A stretch of 64,000 bases of DNA from Bdellovibrionota bacterium (lineage in GTDB: Bacteria; Bdellovibrionota_C; UBA2361; JBGSMV01), in contig JBGSMV010000015.1 in assembly GCA_041739995.1 (NCBI GenBank), positions 1-64,000 of the forward strand, given 5' to 3'. The notes below the pieces were generated by a model, which was not told the DNA's origin, ran no database searches, and was given only the letters and a program-made list of their open reading frames with translations. The position numbers and the translations under genes are program-made. Positions 9,687 to 19,448 of this stretch are shown here, one piece after another. Every line of letters starts with the position of its first letter. Position 1 is the first letter of the stretch.

Positions 9687-9987
9687 AGTTTTCCCTTTGC
9701 TATCTCCAAGTGGGAAGCTTCCAGTGCGGCCATCAAGCGGAAGACACCGTATACTTGGAACTCCCTCGAATCCGTTCTAATTATTTCCCGAAAGTGCGCT
9801 CCGCTTTACCCAATTACTACCAGTCGTATTAGAGGCTTACCTCCTTCGTTTGCGTGGACAAGGCTATCAAAGAACGATCAGAATAGCACCTGTACCCCCA
9901 TTTTAGAGGCCCCTTCGAGAAACGTGGCGATCTGTCTCGAGCGCGGTTAAACTCGCTTGAATGACTAGACTTCTGGAGAACTCCTAA

Positions 9988-10554
9988 GTGGTTACCCCCC
10001 CCCTCAAGCTTGACCCAAACGGGTCGCGTTTCTGGCAACAGCTTAGACGTTGCGCTGCCGCGACAGGAATTATGCTCCTAAGCCCATTCATCAGTGGCTG
10101 CGAGCATAGCCCAGAGAATTCTCATCAAGTTGCGGAAGGTCCGAGTTCTGACTCCAACTCCGCCCTGCCTTCCTCCGCGCTGCCTGCCTCCGCCCTGCCT
10201 GCCTCCACTGTGGCCCCTGCCGTGAGCAATTCACCATCAACCCTGCAGCGCTTCACCCAAGAATTACAAGGCGCCCTGGACGCAACTTCAAAGACAGTTT
10301 CTAACATCAGTCCCTCTACTGATGATCTAAAAAGCCTCACCACCGATGAAGTCAACAAACTCTTCTCTTTCGAATATCGTGTGGTGACACTCGAGAAAAA
10401 GCTCAACACCGAGGAGCTTGAAACCGCACTTGCCGCCTTGGGCGTCGAGCGCTGGGAATGCTTTGATATAGACGCCTACGAAGATAAATATCGAGTATTT
10501 TGCCGGCGTCGACCACAGACCTATTTGCGATTCATCCCGAGGTTTTTTCCTTAG
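9988..10554 (+). CDS. Putative lipoprotein with C-terminal DUF4177-like motif
   Basis: Lipobox ISGC, S/A/P-rich linker, FEYRVV...LAALGVERWEC. Adjacent to the M48 gene. Confidence 0.55.
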   Translation: MVTPPLKLDPNGSRFWQQLRRCAAATGIMLLSPFISGCEHSPENSHQVAEGPSSDSNSALPSSALPASALPASTVAPAVSNSPSTLQRFTQELQGALDATSKTVSNISPSTDDLKSLTTDEVNKLFSFEYRVVTLEKKLNTEELETALAALGVERWECFDIDAYEDKYRVFCRRRPQTYLRFIPRFFP

Positions 10555-11556
10555 ATGGGAAGACTTGCCGGAACTGCACTTTCACTACTCGCTCTCACCC
10601 TAGTCAGCGTTGGATGCGCGAGCACCCGTGCTCCGATTCCAGTCGGGGAGATCCCGCCACAAGTAGGAGTCCCGGCCGAAGACGAGGAGTACGGACAGGA
10701 GGTTTTTCGAGAACTCTCGAAGACATACACGCTAGATAACGATGATAAACGTATCGCCCACATTCGAGCTATTGTCGAACGTCTCACGCAGGCCGCTCAG
10801 GTAGATCGAAACCCATGGCACGTGTACATATTTGACGACCCTAACTTCGCTAATGCTGCGGCAACGCGCGGGAATTTTATCTTCGTATGGACGGGAATCT
10901 TTCGTGACCTGCGCACAGATGCAGAACTCGCCGCCATTCTCTCCCATGAACTTGCACACGTACTGGCTGGTCATACCGCGCCCAATCCTTATGAGGAGAC
11001 GGCCCGCATTATCTCCGGAGTGATGGGAGATGTGGCTGGACAAGTAGTGTCCTACCAGGGGCCTTACGCTGTTCTCGCTGATCTTGCTGCTCTACTTGTA
11101 CGGGAGATGGTAGCAGCTGCGTTCATCAATCCAGGCAGTCAAGAGAATGAACTCGAAGCCGATCAGGTCGGTTTGTTTATTATGGCAGACGCTGGCTACG
11201 ATCCTTCCGCGGCGCTTGAGTTTTGGGATCGAGTAAAGGACCTCCCCGGATACCGAGGGGGAACTATTTCTGCACTGTCATCACACCCAAGCAGCGAATC
11301 AAGGCTGGATGTCATGCGCGAGCTTCTCCCCTTAGCCATGGAGCGATTCAAATCTTCGCAAAGTGGCCCCAAAAGCTCCCCCGCCTCACTCCGCCACGAT
11401 AAACCTTCCGACCCTCTCCCCGCCCCTGCACCTTCTTCCCGATCTGAATCGGCACCCTCAAAGCCGGCTTTGCCTGCAGGCTCTGAGTCCGAGTGGGTAT
11501 GGAAACCGAGCGAATCTGGGGCTGACACTGGCTCTTCGGCTCAGACGCCTCCGTAA
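10555..11556 (+). CDS. M48 family zinc metallopeptidase lipoprotein (LoiP/BepA-like)
   Basis: Lipobox SVGC, ELAAILSHELAH, ELEADQVG, AGYDP, SSHP. Confidence 0.9.
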   Translation: MGRLAGTALSLLALTLVSVGCASTRAPIPVGEIPPQVGVPAEDEEYGQEVFRELSKTYTLDNDDKRIAHIRAIVERLTQAAQVDRNPWHVYIFDDPNFANAAATRGNFIFVWTGIFRDLRTDAELAAILSHELAHVLAGHTAPNPYEETARIISGVMGDVAGQVVSYQGPYAVLADLAALLVREMVAAAFINPGSQENELEADQVGLFIMADAGYDPSAALEFWDRVKDLPGYRGGTISALSSHPSSESRLDVMRELLPLAMERFKSSQSGPKSSPASLRHDKPSDPLPAPAPSSRSESAPSKPALPAGSESEWVWKPSESGADTGSSAQTPP

Positions 11557-11605
11557 CCTCCTGTTACCGCTAAACAATTTACGTGAAAATCGCAGTAAGT
11601 TGATC

Positions 11606-11632
11606 TCAAGTTATTTAGCGCAATGCCGATCT
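11606..11632 (+). promoter_or_regulatory. sigma28 (FliA) promoter
   Basis: TCAAGTTA-N11-GCCGATCT versus consensus TAAAGTTT-N11-GCCGATAA, upstream of a flagellin-like gene. Confidence 0.7.
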
Positions 11633-11730
11633 AAATGGTGAACAGGTATGTGTGTAACGGAGGCACCTGAGGGCGCCGTGTTTGGGGAGAGTAATCCCTG
11701 AGACAGTCCCGCAAGGTGAGAGGTGACAAT

Positions 11731-12546
11731 ATGGATGTCAATGACGTAGCAAAGCGTCGAATCAAAGATGCGCTTTCCCCAATCCCGCTTTCGCAAGCGA
11801 CGAAGTCTAAGACCGCTCAGGATCTCAAGAGTTCTGAGGCGCGCGCGGTGGCGGTATCTTCAAACGAACTCAAAGCTGACGTCACAGTACGCCTCAGCAA
11901 TATTCCACCAGCGGTTGCCGCTGACCTTCGAAAGAACCTTAATCAGGCTATCGCATCTATAAATGTTGCGACTGACGCCACTGGTTCAATCTCTCAGTAT
12001 CTTTCCAGCATCGATGGATTCATTGAGCAGGCACAGTCCTCAGATACTTCTCCGCAACGCCGAGAAGTCCTGGAGTCTGAAGCAAATCAGCTCGTTGACG
12101 AAATCAAACGCACCGCACGAGAGGTCTCCTCAGTTGCGCATGCACAGATACCTAATGACGATGTTCGCCGTGACATCGAGGAGAAACTCGGCGCGACGCT
12201 TGATGCGTTGCTCCCCGAAGAGCGCGGAAACGTTCCAGGCCTGGGGCCAGTTTCGTTCTCACGCAAGGAATCAATTATTGAGACCGTTACCAATGTCGCC
12301 CGTGCACGCGAGCGTATTGAGGACATGCGTCGCTCCATGCGCGAAAGTAGCGAAACTCTCAAAAACGCAGTCTTGAGCTACGAAATCGCTCAGCAGAACA
12401 GCGAGGCAGCCCTTGCGTCAGTAAGAGACGTAGACGCCGCTGCCAAACTCGCTTCAAAAATGCAGGCATCGATCTTTAGCGACCCGAACGTGGCACTCGA
12501 TGCCATCGGTCAGGTCAGTCCGAAGGTTGCAGACCTGGTCAAATAG
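11731..12546 (+). CDS. Divergent flagellin-like protein lacking the canonical N-terminus
   Basis: RKNLNQAIASINVA..EQAQSSDTSPQRREVLESEANQLVDEIKRTA matches the flagellin N-terminal D1 helices. QNSEAALASVRDVDAA..KVADLVK matches the C-terminus. SD GAGG before ATG 11731. Confidence 0.7.
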   Translation: MDVNDVAKRRIKDALSPIPLSQATKSKTAQDLKSSEARAVAVSSNELKADVTVRLSNIPPAVAADLRKNLNQAIASINVATDATGSISQYLSSIDGFIEQAQSSDTSPQRREVLESEANQLVDEIKRTAREVSSVAHAQIPNDDVRRDIEEKLGATLDALLPEERGNVPGLGPVSFSRKESIIETVTNVARARERIEDMRRSMRESSETLKNAVLSYEIAQQNSEAALASVRDVDAAAKLASKMQASIFSDPNVALDAIGQVSPKVADLVK

Positions 12547-12674
12547 GTCGCGAGCTACTCCAGCGATTCAACCCAACGAATCATTCGATTACTAGCGAAA
12601 ATCGCTGCTGGTGAGGTGAATTCTGTCCGCATCAGGGTCTTTATTGCCAAGGCGCAAAGCCCTATACTTGCCTC

Positions 12675-14030
12675 ATGTTTGATAGTTTACATAGCAAGCT
12701 TGAAGGCGCCCTAAAGCGTATCCGCGGACGCGGCGTTCTTACCTCTAAGGATATTGAAGGAGCACTAAAGGACGTCCGCATGGCTCTCCTTGAGGCTGAC
12801 GTAAACTACAAGGTTGCTAAAGACTTCTGTGACCGCGTCATGGCGCTCGCGGTCGGCGAAGATGTGCTCAAGAGCCTCACTCCCGATCAGCAAGTAGTGA
12901 AGCTTGTTCACGCGGAGCTCATTCACACCATGGGCGATGAAGTTGCTCCACTCAACTTGGCCGTTGCGCCGCCCGCTATTATCATGATGGTGGGCTTGCA
13001 GGGCTCAGGAAAAACCACCACCGCGGCAAAGCTTGCGTCTCTTTTGGTCCGAGACTTTAAACGAAAGCCATTGTTAGTACCTGCTGACGTGTACCGACCG
13101 GCCGCGATCGAGCAGCTAAAAACTCTTGGGCAACGCAACAACATTGCAGTGTTTGATTCACGCGCAGATCAGGACCCGGTAGAGATCGCGAAACTTGGGC
13201 TTGCTTGGGCTCAAGGTCACGCACATGACACCCTAATCATTGACACTGCGGGTCGTCTACAGATCGATCAAGAACTCATGCAGGAACTTCGAGAAATATC
13301 GGCGGCGGTTCAACCGCACGAAATTTTGCTGGTTGCTGATGGTATGACGGGACAGGAGTCCGTTAATGTTGCCAAGGGTTTTGATGACGCACTGGAGATT
13401 GATGGAATCATTCTTACTAAGCTAGATGGTGACGCACGCGGCGGCGCGGCGCTCTCAATGCGCGCAGTTACCGGCAAGCCAATTAAATTCATCGGTGTTG
13501 GTGAAAAGGCCGATGCCATAGAAGCTTTTCATCCTGAGCGCATGGCGTCACGCATTCTCGGGATGGGCGATGTGCTTGGGCTTATCGAGAAAGCCACGCG
13601 TGAAATTTCCGTCGAGGACACTCTCGACTTACAGAAAAAACTCAAGCGTAATGAATTCTCGCTCCAGGATTTTCTCGATCAAATGCGCATGGTGCGCCGC
13701 ATGGGCAACATCACTTCGCTGGCCTCCATGATTCCTGGCATGGGAAAGATGATGAAGGATGTTGACCCTGAAAAGGCCGAGAAAGAGCTCTCGCATATCG
13801 AAGCGATTGTGCTCTCGATGACTCCTAAGGAACGTACTAATCACGGCATTATTGACGGGAGCAGGCGCCGACGCATCGCCCGTGGTTCTGGGAGAACGGT
13901 GGAAGAAGTGAATCGTCTGCTCAAGCAGTTCCTCGAGATGAGAAAAATGATGTCTCAAGTGTCTAAGCTTGGCATGGGCGGCCTCATGAATATGTTTAAG
14001 GGCAAAGGACTTCCAGGTATGCCGCGCTAG
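12675..14030 (+). CDS. ffh: Signal recognition particle protein Ffh
   Basis: ALLEADV, GLQGSGKTTT, DTAGR, TKLDGDARGG, RILGMGD, M domain SMTPKER. Confidence 0.98.
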   Translation: MFDSLHSKLEGALKRIRGRGVLTSKDIEGALKDVRMALLEADVNYKVAKDFCDRVMALAVGEDVLKSLTPDQQVVKLVHAELIHTMGDEVAPLNLAVAPPAIIMMVGLQGSGKTTTAAKLASLLVRDFKRKPLLVPADVYRPAAIEQLKTLGQRNNIAVFDSRADQDPVEIAKLGLAWAQGHAHDTLIIDTAGRLQIDQELMQELREISAAVQPHEILLVADGMTGQESVNVAKGFDDALEIDGIILTKLDGDARGGAALSMRAVTGKPIKFIGVGEKADAIEAFHPERMASRILGMGDVLGLIEKATREISVEDTLDLQKKLKRNEFSLQDFLDQMRMVRRMGNITSLASMIPGMGKMMKDVDPEKAEKELSHIEAIVLSMTPKERTNHGIIDGSRRRRIARGSGRTVEEVNRLLKQFLEMRKMMSQVSKLGMGGLMNMFKGKGLPGMPR

Positions 14031-14177
14031 CAAAACTTTTTGCGTATCGCTCATTCGGCTCGGATCATTGCGTTCCTCTCCAAATTTCTACGTTTCTTTC
14101 ACCTCGCTGGTAACCTGAGCACAGCAAGGGACTTCACTATACCGACGAAACATGTTCTCATTTACTGAGGAGACCTT

Positions 14178-15527
14178 ATGCACAGCACGACCACCACTAC
14201 CGCCGGAGCCTTTAGTGCCGACGAGGAACATCGAACTGCAGAGAAGGCCCTACGCCTGAATATGGACCCTCAGTACTATGGGACTTTTGCAGAAATTGGT
14301 GGCGGGCAAGAAGTCGCGCGCTGGTTTTTCCGTGTAGGCGGCGCCGCTGGTACGGTAGCGAAAACAATGTCGGCCTATGACATGAAGTTTAGCGACGCCA
14401 TCTATGGAAGAGGTTCCCGCTACGTTTCCACTGAGCGCATCCTTTCAATGCTTTCGCATGAATACGAGCTTCTGCAGGAGCGTCTTAAAGAGTCACGTGC
14501 AGAGCACTCAAGTTTTTTTGTCTTCGCTGACACAGTCTCCACTAAGAATTATAAGGGTACCAATGAGTGTCATGGTTGGTTAGGCTTGCGATTCCAGGCC
14601 TCCCCTGGTAGCGAACCAAACGACATTCTTGTGCATGTAAATTTGAGAGACAGTACGAATCTACTGCAACAACAGGCGCTCGGCACCCTCGGGGTTAACC
14701 TGATTTACGGCGCTTTCTTTGAGCGTCAGTCCGTCGACACCATGTTGCAGGGGTTTTTTGATTCCCTCTCGCTTAGGCGCATTGAAATCGACTTGGTCCT
14801 GCTCTCGGGCCCTGAATTCGAAGAGACTGAGCCCGCGCGCGTCAGTCTTGCGCTGTTGCGAAACCAGTTGTGCCGAGCCGTCGCGCTTAGTCCGGAGCTT
14901 CAGCCCATCACCCCCTCGGAGATTCTGCACGCTCGGCCGATAATTCTTCAGCGCGGTACATTCTTGCACGCCAAAGACCAGTTCCAACAATTGATGAAAG
15001 ACTCGGAAGCCGCGTTGCTGGCCGAAGGCTCCGGCAAAGATCGTCTCCCGCTTGGCTTGTTCGAGCTTTCTATCAACAGCGCTCGTCCGGATGATATCGC
15101 AGATGACCGAGAACTTTTAAGGCGCGCCCGCACTCTCGCAGAGTTGGGGTTTCCTGTTCTGTTTTCAAACTTTGTCGAGAACTTCCGCCTAACCGAGTTT
15201 CTCAGGAGATTCACCGCAGAACCAATTCGCTTCGCAGTCGGTGTTGGCACTCTTGTGCAGGTGCTTCGTGAGTCATTTTACTCCCAGGTAGAGGGTGGAC
15301 TACTCGAAGGACTTGGGAAATTGGTTTCGCAGGGGGTTAAAGTCTACGCATTCCCGATGACCCATTCCGACTTCCAAAAGCAGTTGCAGGTATATGGGTC
15401 AGACGAGTCTTTCTGCAGCGGTCCAGAACACGGCCCGGTCACGGCTGAGAACGTGAAGTTTCACGGCCCTGAGCGGCATCTTTTTTTATATTTGCTTGAT
15501 TCCGCCTCGATTATCCCAATGCGCTGA
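14178..15527 (+). CDS. Conserved uncharacterised protein (family variously annotated as nucleotidyltransferase-like or 'TonB-dependent receptor')
   Basis: YGTFAEIGGGQEVARWFFRVGGAAGTVAKTMSAYDM, FFVFADTV, ECHGWLG, QQQALGTLGVNLIYG. No beta-barrel or signal peptide. Confidence 0.6.
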   Translation: MHSTTTTTAGAFSADEEHRTAEKALRLNMDPQYYGTFAEIGGGQEVARWFFRVGGAAGTVAKTMSAYDMKFSDAIYGRGSRYVSTERILSMLSHEYELLQERLKESRAEHSSFFVFADTVSTKNYKGTNECHGWLGLRFQASPGSEPNDILVHVNLRDSTNLLQQQALGTLGVNLIYGAFFERQSVDTMLQGFFDSLSLRRIEIDLVLLSGPEFEETEPARVSLALLRNQLCRAVALSPELQPITPSEILHARPIILQRGTFLHAKDQFQQLMKDSEAALLAEGSGKDRLPLGLFELSINSARPDDIADDRELLRRARTLAELGFPVLFSNFVENFRLTEFLRRFTAEPIRFAVGVGTLVQVLRESFYSQVEGGLLEGLGKLVSQGVKVYAFPMTHSDFQKQLQVYGSDESFCSGPEHGPVTAENVKFHGPERHLFLYLLDSASIIPMR

Positions 15528-15720
15528 GTGGTCCATCATTCGCAGAGATTTATGGCCGGCCTGCGGTAAAACCAGCTCTCACTCTCACCTTCGCTAGGGG
15601 GTCTACAAGAAATATCGCGTTCGGATTCTCTCACGACTCATCCAAACATTTTTAGCGCGGTTACGATCAGCCCACATGTTATTCCGAGAGGAGATCTTGC
15701 AAATGTAGGAATCTCTCCGC

Positions 15721-18438
15721 ATGGAAACTCACTCAGAAGCTGGCTCACCCCAGGTGCCGCCGCCGTCTCCGTTACTTTCAACCACTCCATTGACTGCAGA
15801 TGCGAGCCCTCAAGACGGGGCGCAAGAGACAACCTCCATCCCCACTGGGGACTTTTCTCGGCGAGCGGACGATCCCCTTGCCCCATTAACGATTCCAAAT
15901 CCCGATGGGTTCACTAAAGCAGCCTCTGAAAGCTCCGCCCACAAGCTAACCACCACCTCGACTGAACTCCAAACCCTCAACGCCTTCGCAAGATCGCTTC
16001 AACAAATAGCCATGCTTAGTGCCGAAGCCGACAAGGGGACGGCAATTGACGCACTATCGCTAAGCGCTAAATTCACCCGCCTCACCGTAGATATGTGCCA
16101 TGCCCTGAATGCTTCAGGAGACGCCTCCAGTTCGGGTCGCGAGCACGATGTCGGCGAGGGGCTGATAGAGATTCACCTAGCCAGCCTTGTTCACAAGCGA
16201 AAATCTGGGATCGAACTCACACCGGCAGAGCACCGTATGCTGGCCACCTACTCAGACACACATGATGGAAAACTTAAGAGCCCGAGTTGGTTTGCTCCGT
16301 TCCGCGAGATTCTCGAAGTCACGATACGTTCCGACCGGCTACCCGGGCCCGACGCGTATTTGGAGCATTCGCCAACTTGCAGAGAAAAAACTCGCGTAGA
16401 TTGTCAGTCACTGAGACAACTTTCGGAGGAGTTACTTCGATCCCGACAGAGCAGAGACCCAGACGAAGGAACGAATGGGCCAAAGACGGAAGCCTTGAGA
16501 GAGGAAATAGCGAAATTAACTGCGAAGCTCGACAGGGTGCTGCTTGCTGCAAAAGACGTGGACCCTCTGAAGGTGGTCGGCTGCCTAGAGGGGGCACATG
16601 TCCGTGTCACGCCGAAGATGCAAATTATCTCAGAGCTTGCGAAAGCCTGTAACGCCACCGGTAGCGTCCTCGAGAAGGTCCTTGGCATAGAGCAGTCAAC
16701 ACCCCTTGAGACGCTCTCTCTGCCGATTATCGGCGTCACTCACGATGCGCATTCAAGACCAACTCTAGCGGCAACGATACGGGAAGTACCGGCTTCACGG
16801 TTTCAGAATGAAGCTGAGTCCAGATCGGTTGATCAATTGCTTTCGCGATTTCTGGAACTTCGAATCTGCGCAGAAGAAGTTCTTCAGCTTATTTCCTCAA
16901 CACCTCCGCGCCTAGAAACCGAGGATCGAGACGCCAGAAGCGCATTGCGTTCTGCAATGGCGTCTCTATTTCCCGGAGGAAGCGCAAGCAGTCGCAAAGC
17001 GCTGCTCGCACTAGAGAGTAACGACTCCGATTCTATACGGCAACAAATGCCAAAACTTTTGACCTGCCGCGTGCTTGGTGGAACCGTCCGCAGTGGAGAT
17101 ACCCTATCGTTCATTTTCGAGAGTCCGGCCAATATCTCAGCCCTTGGGATCGCTATGCGACATTTAATTCGAGGATCGGACGAATCTTGTTCAGCATTAC
17201 GCGAGACATTGGAGAGCGCCGGCGCCCGCTCGGTTCTTCATGTCGCCGATCCGGTTCGCAAGCTAATCAAAGACTCAGATATATCTGGCCTCGTAGAGTT
17301 CTTCGATCGGCATCTCGAAGCGCTTCGTAGTAAATCACACGTTCAACAAGAGGAGAGAGCCACTCTTCTGCAAGCACTCACCGTCGTGACCGAGGAGCCA
17401 AAACTTCGACGGGCTCTGAGGGGTAGACTTAGAAATCTTGAGGCTGCTTCAGAAATTGCAAACTCTCTCTGCGATTCTATGGCTGGGGGCAGTGAGCATG
17501 CGCAGTTTACTGAGCAAATGCGTGCACGCCTAAATCGACGGCTTTCTTCGGACCTAAGCAATTACTGGGGACAGACAAAGACTGTCGAGAAGATACTCTC
17601 AAGACTCAAGCAAAACTTACTGTTTCTCGACAAAAAGTGGGCCTGGGAAGGCATGCCCTCTGGGCAACTGATCCCCAACGGATTCCTGCTATACGGAGAA
17701 CCGGGAGCGGGAAAGACATTCTTTGTGCAATGCCTCGCCAACGAGTTGGAACTTCCGCTCGTCGCTGTTTCGCGCGAAGAACTCGGCAAAGCCATGCAGA
17801 AGGCCGCTAAGGGCGAGGTTTCCGACATGGAGCAGTCCCTTGGGGATTTCCTCGAATCAAAGGTCAAAGAAGCACTCGACCGCAAACAGCGCAGCGGCGC
17901 TCGCTCGGTCATCTTATTTATCGACGAAATGGAGGCTGAGTTCTTGCAGCGCGATCCGAAAACAGGAGAGCGCGCAGAGCTCGCGCGCACTAATATCATG
18001 CTGCGAGTTATCGAACGAATGATGGGGCGCTACCCAGAGATTCAATTCTTTGCGGCCACGAATCATATTGAGCAAGTTGATCGCGCTGCGCTGCGTTTTG
18101 GGCGCTATGGAATGCACTTTGAGTTTGCCCTACCTACCAAGGAAGATGTACAGGCCATTATCTCGGCCTGTCTGGCCCAAGAGGGTCTGGAGATGGCCTC
18201 GCTAAAGATTCCTCAAGCTGAGATCGATGAAACTCTAAAACTCGGCGAAAAGATGGTGCCCCTCGCCATTCAGATGTCCATCAATAACGCCATCGCGCTC
18301 ACAAGAATTGCTCAGGAAAAACGAGACATCTCGGTAACTCCAGAGCTAGTAAAAACACTCCAATCCCAGCTCGAGCTTATTCGGACTATGAACACTATTC
18401 ACGATCAGTCCGCGACTTTGAAGGAAGGAGCCAACTAG
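15721..18438 (+). CDS. AAA+ ATPase with long unrecognised N-terminal region
   Basis: GFLLYGEPGAGKT, ILFIDE, AATN..VDRAALRFGR (second region of homology) in the C-terminal third. Confidence 0.8.
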   Translation: METHSEAGSPQVPPPSPLLSTTPLTADASPQDGAQETTSIPTGDFSRRADDPLAPLTIPNPDGFTKAASESSAHKLTTTSTELQTLNAFARSLQQIAMLSAEADKGTAIDALSLSAKFTRLTVDMCHALNASGDASSSGREHDVGEGLIEIHLASLVHKRKSGIELTPAEHRMLATYSDTHDGKLKSPSWFAPFREILEVTIRSDRLPGPDAYLEHSPTCREKTRVDCQSLRQLSEELLRSRQSRDPDEGTNGPKTEALREEIAKLTAKLDRVLLAAKDVDPLKVVGCLEGAHVRVTPKMQIISELAKACNATGSVLEKVLGIEQSTPLETLSLPIIGVTHDAHSRPTLAATIREVPASRFQNEAESRSVDQLLSRFLELRICAEEVLQLISSTPPRLETEDRDARSALRSAMASLFPGGSASSRKALLALESNDSDSIRQQMPKLLTCRVLGGTVRSGDTLSFIFESPANISALGIAMRHLIRGSDESCSALRETLESAGARSVLHVADPVRKLIKDSDISGLVEFFDRHLEALRSKSHVQQEERATLLQALTVVTEEPKLRRALRGRLRNLEAASEIANSLCDSMAGGSEHAQFTEQMRARLNRRLSSDLSNYWGQTKTVEKILSRLKQNLLFLDKKWAWEGMPSGQLIPNGFLLYGEPGAGKTFFVQCLANELELPLVAVSREELGKAMQKAAKGEVSDMEQSLGDFLESKVKEALDRKQRSGARSVILFIDEMEAEFLQRDPKTGERAELARTNIMLRVIERMMGRYPEIQFFAATNHIEQVDRAALRFGRYGMHFEFALPTKEDVQAIISACLAQEGLEMASLKIPQAEIDETLKLGEKMVPLAIQMSINNAIALTRIAQEKRDISVTPELVKTLQSQLELIRTMNTIHDQSATLKEGAN

Positions 18439-19448
18439 AGTCCGGCCTCAGGCATATTCGGCGCCCCAAATGTCAGATTCATGGCTTCTCGCATTGAATA
18501 GCGCGGGTGAAAGCTGAGTTCTCTTTGTGCAGCCTTGATCGAAAAATAATGATCGGTGCTCATTTGCGATACTAGAAAGCGAGTTAGTCTCGGCTCACGA
18601 ACAAGTCCGAACTTAGCGATCAGTTCGGATAGTACCGCTACTCCCTTTGCGAGCAGCAAGGGAACTGAACGGGATACTGCGGGTACTGAACTCCGCTCCA
18701 GAACCTCTCCGATCCATGACCACATGGGTATCGGCTCACCCTGGGTAACAAAAAAAGCCCTTCCTCTACTTTCAGGATTCATATCCAGAGCATCAAGGGC
18801 CAGCAAATGCGCCCGAGTGCAGTCTTCAATGAAAGTAAGATCAGTGAGATTCTTGCCCGCTCCTATCACCGGAAGCCTGCCAGATCGCGCTCGCGCCACA
18901 ATCGTGGGCACGAAATGGTTATCTCCAGGCCCAAAAATGAGGTGCGGTCTAAGACTTAGGGTATACAGCCGACCTGTCTCGTTTGCGGCCAACACCTCGC
19001 GCTCGGCGATAGCTTTGGTAGCGGGATAGGCCGCCATGTGTGTTGCTGGGTAGGGGTAGCTTTCATCAACTCCGCACAAGTTCGAGCCATCGGCAATTAC
19101 ACTTGGGCTACTGGTAAAAACAAGTTTTGAAACGCCGGCAGTACGACATGCTTCTATGACCGCGCGGGTACCAAGCACATTCGCTCTAAAAAATTCGTTG
19201 TATTCCCCCCACATCTCCACCTTTGCAGCGACATGGAATACGCCCTCCGCGCCTGTAAATAAGGCGGCAAGCTCACGTGGCGAGTTTGATAAATCAAGGC
19301 GCGTCATTTGAACGCCCTGCCGTTCGAGTTCAGGATATGAGCCGCGCGCAACGCCTCGGACTGTGCAACCAGCAGCAAGAAGTGCTCGACAAATCGCACT
19401 TCCGACAAATCCACCTGCGCCCGTCACTACGTAGGTGCCGATTTTCAT
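18435..19448 (-). CDS. oleD: OleD, 2-alkyl-3-oxoalkanoate reductase (extended SDR)
   Basis: TGAGGFVG, FTSSPSV, YPATK, RPHLIFGPGD; last gene of the ole cluster. Confidence 0.88.
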   Translation of the reverse strand: MKIGTYVVTGAGGFVGSAICRALLAAGCTVRGVARGSYPELERQGVQMTRLDLSNSPRELAALFTGAEGVFHVAAKVEMWGEYNEFFRANVLGTRAVIEACRTAGVSKLVFTSSPSVIADGSNLCGVDESYPYPATHMAAYPATKAIAEREVLAANETGRLYTLSLRPHLIFGPGDNHFVPTIVARARSGRLPVIGAGKNLTDLTFIEDCTRAHLLALDALDMNPESRGRAFFVTQGEPIPMWSWIGEVLERSSVPAVSRSVPLLLAKGVAVLSELIAKFGLVREPRLTRFLVSQMSTDHYFSIKAAQRELSFHPRYSMREAMNLTFGAPNMPEAGL

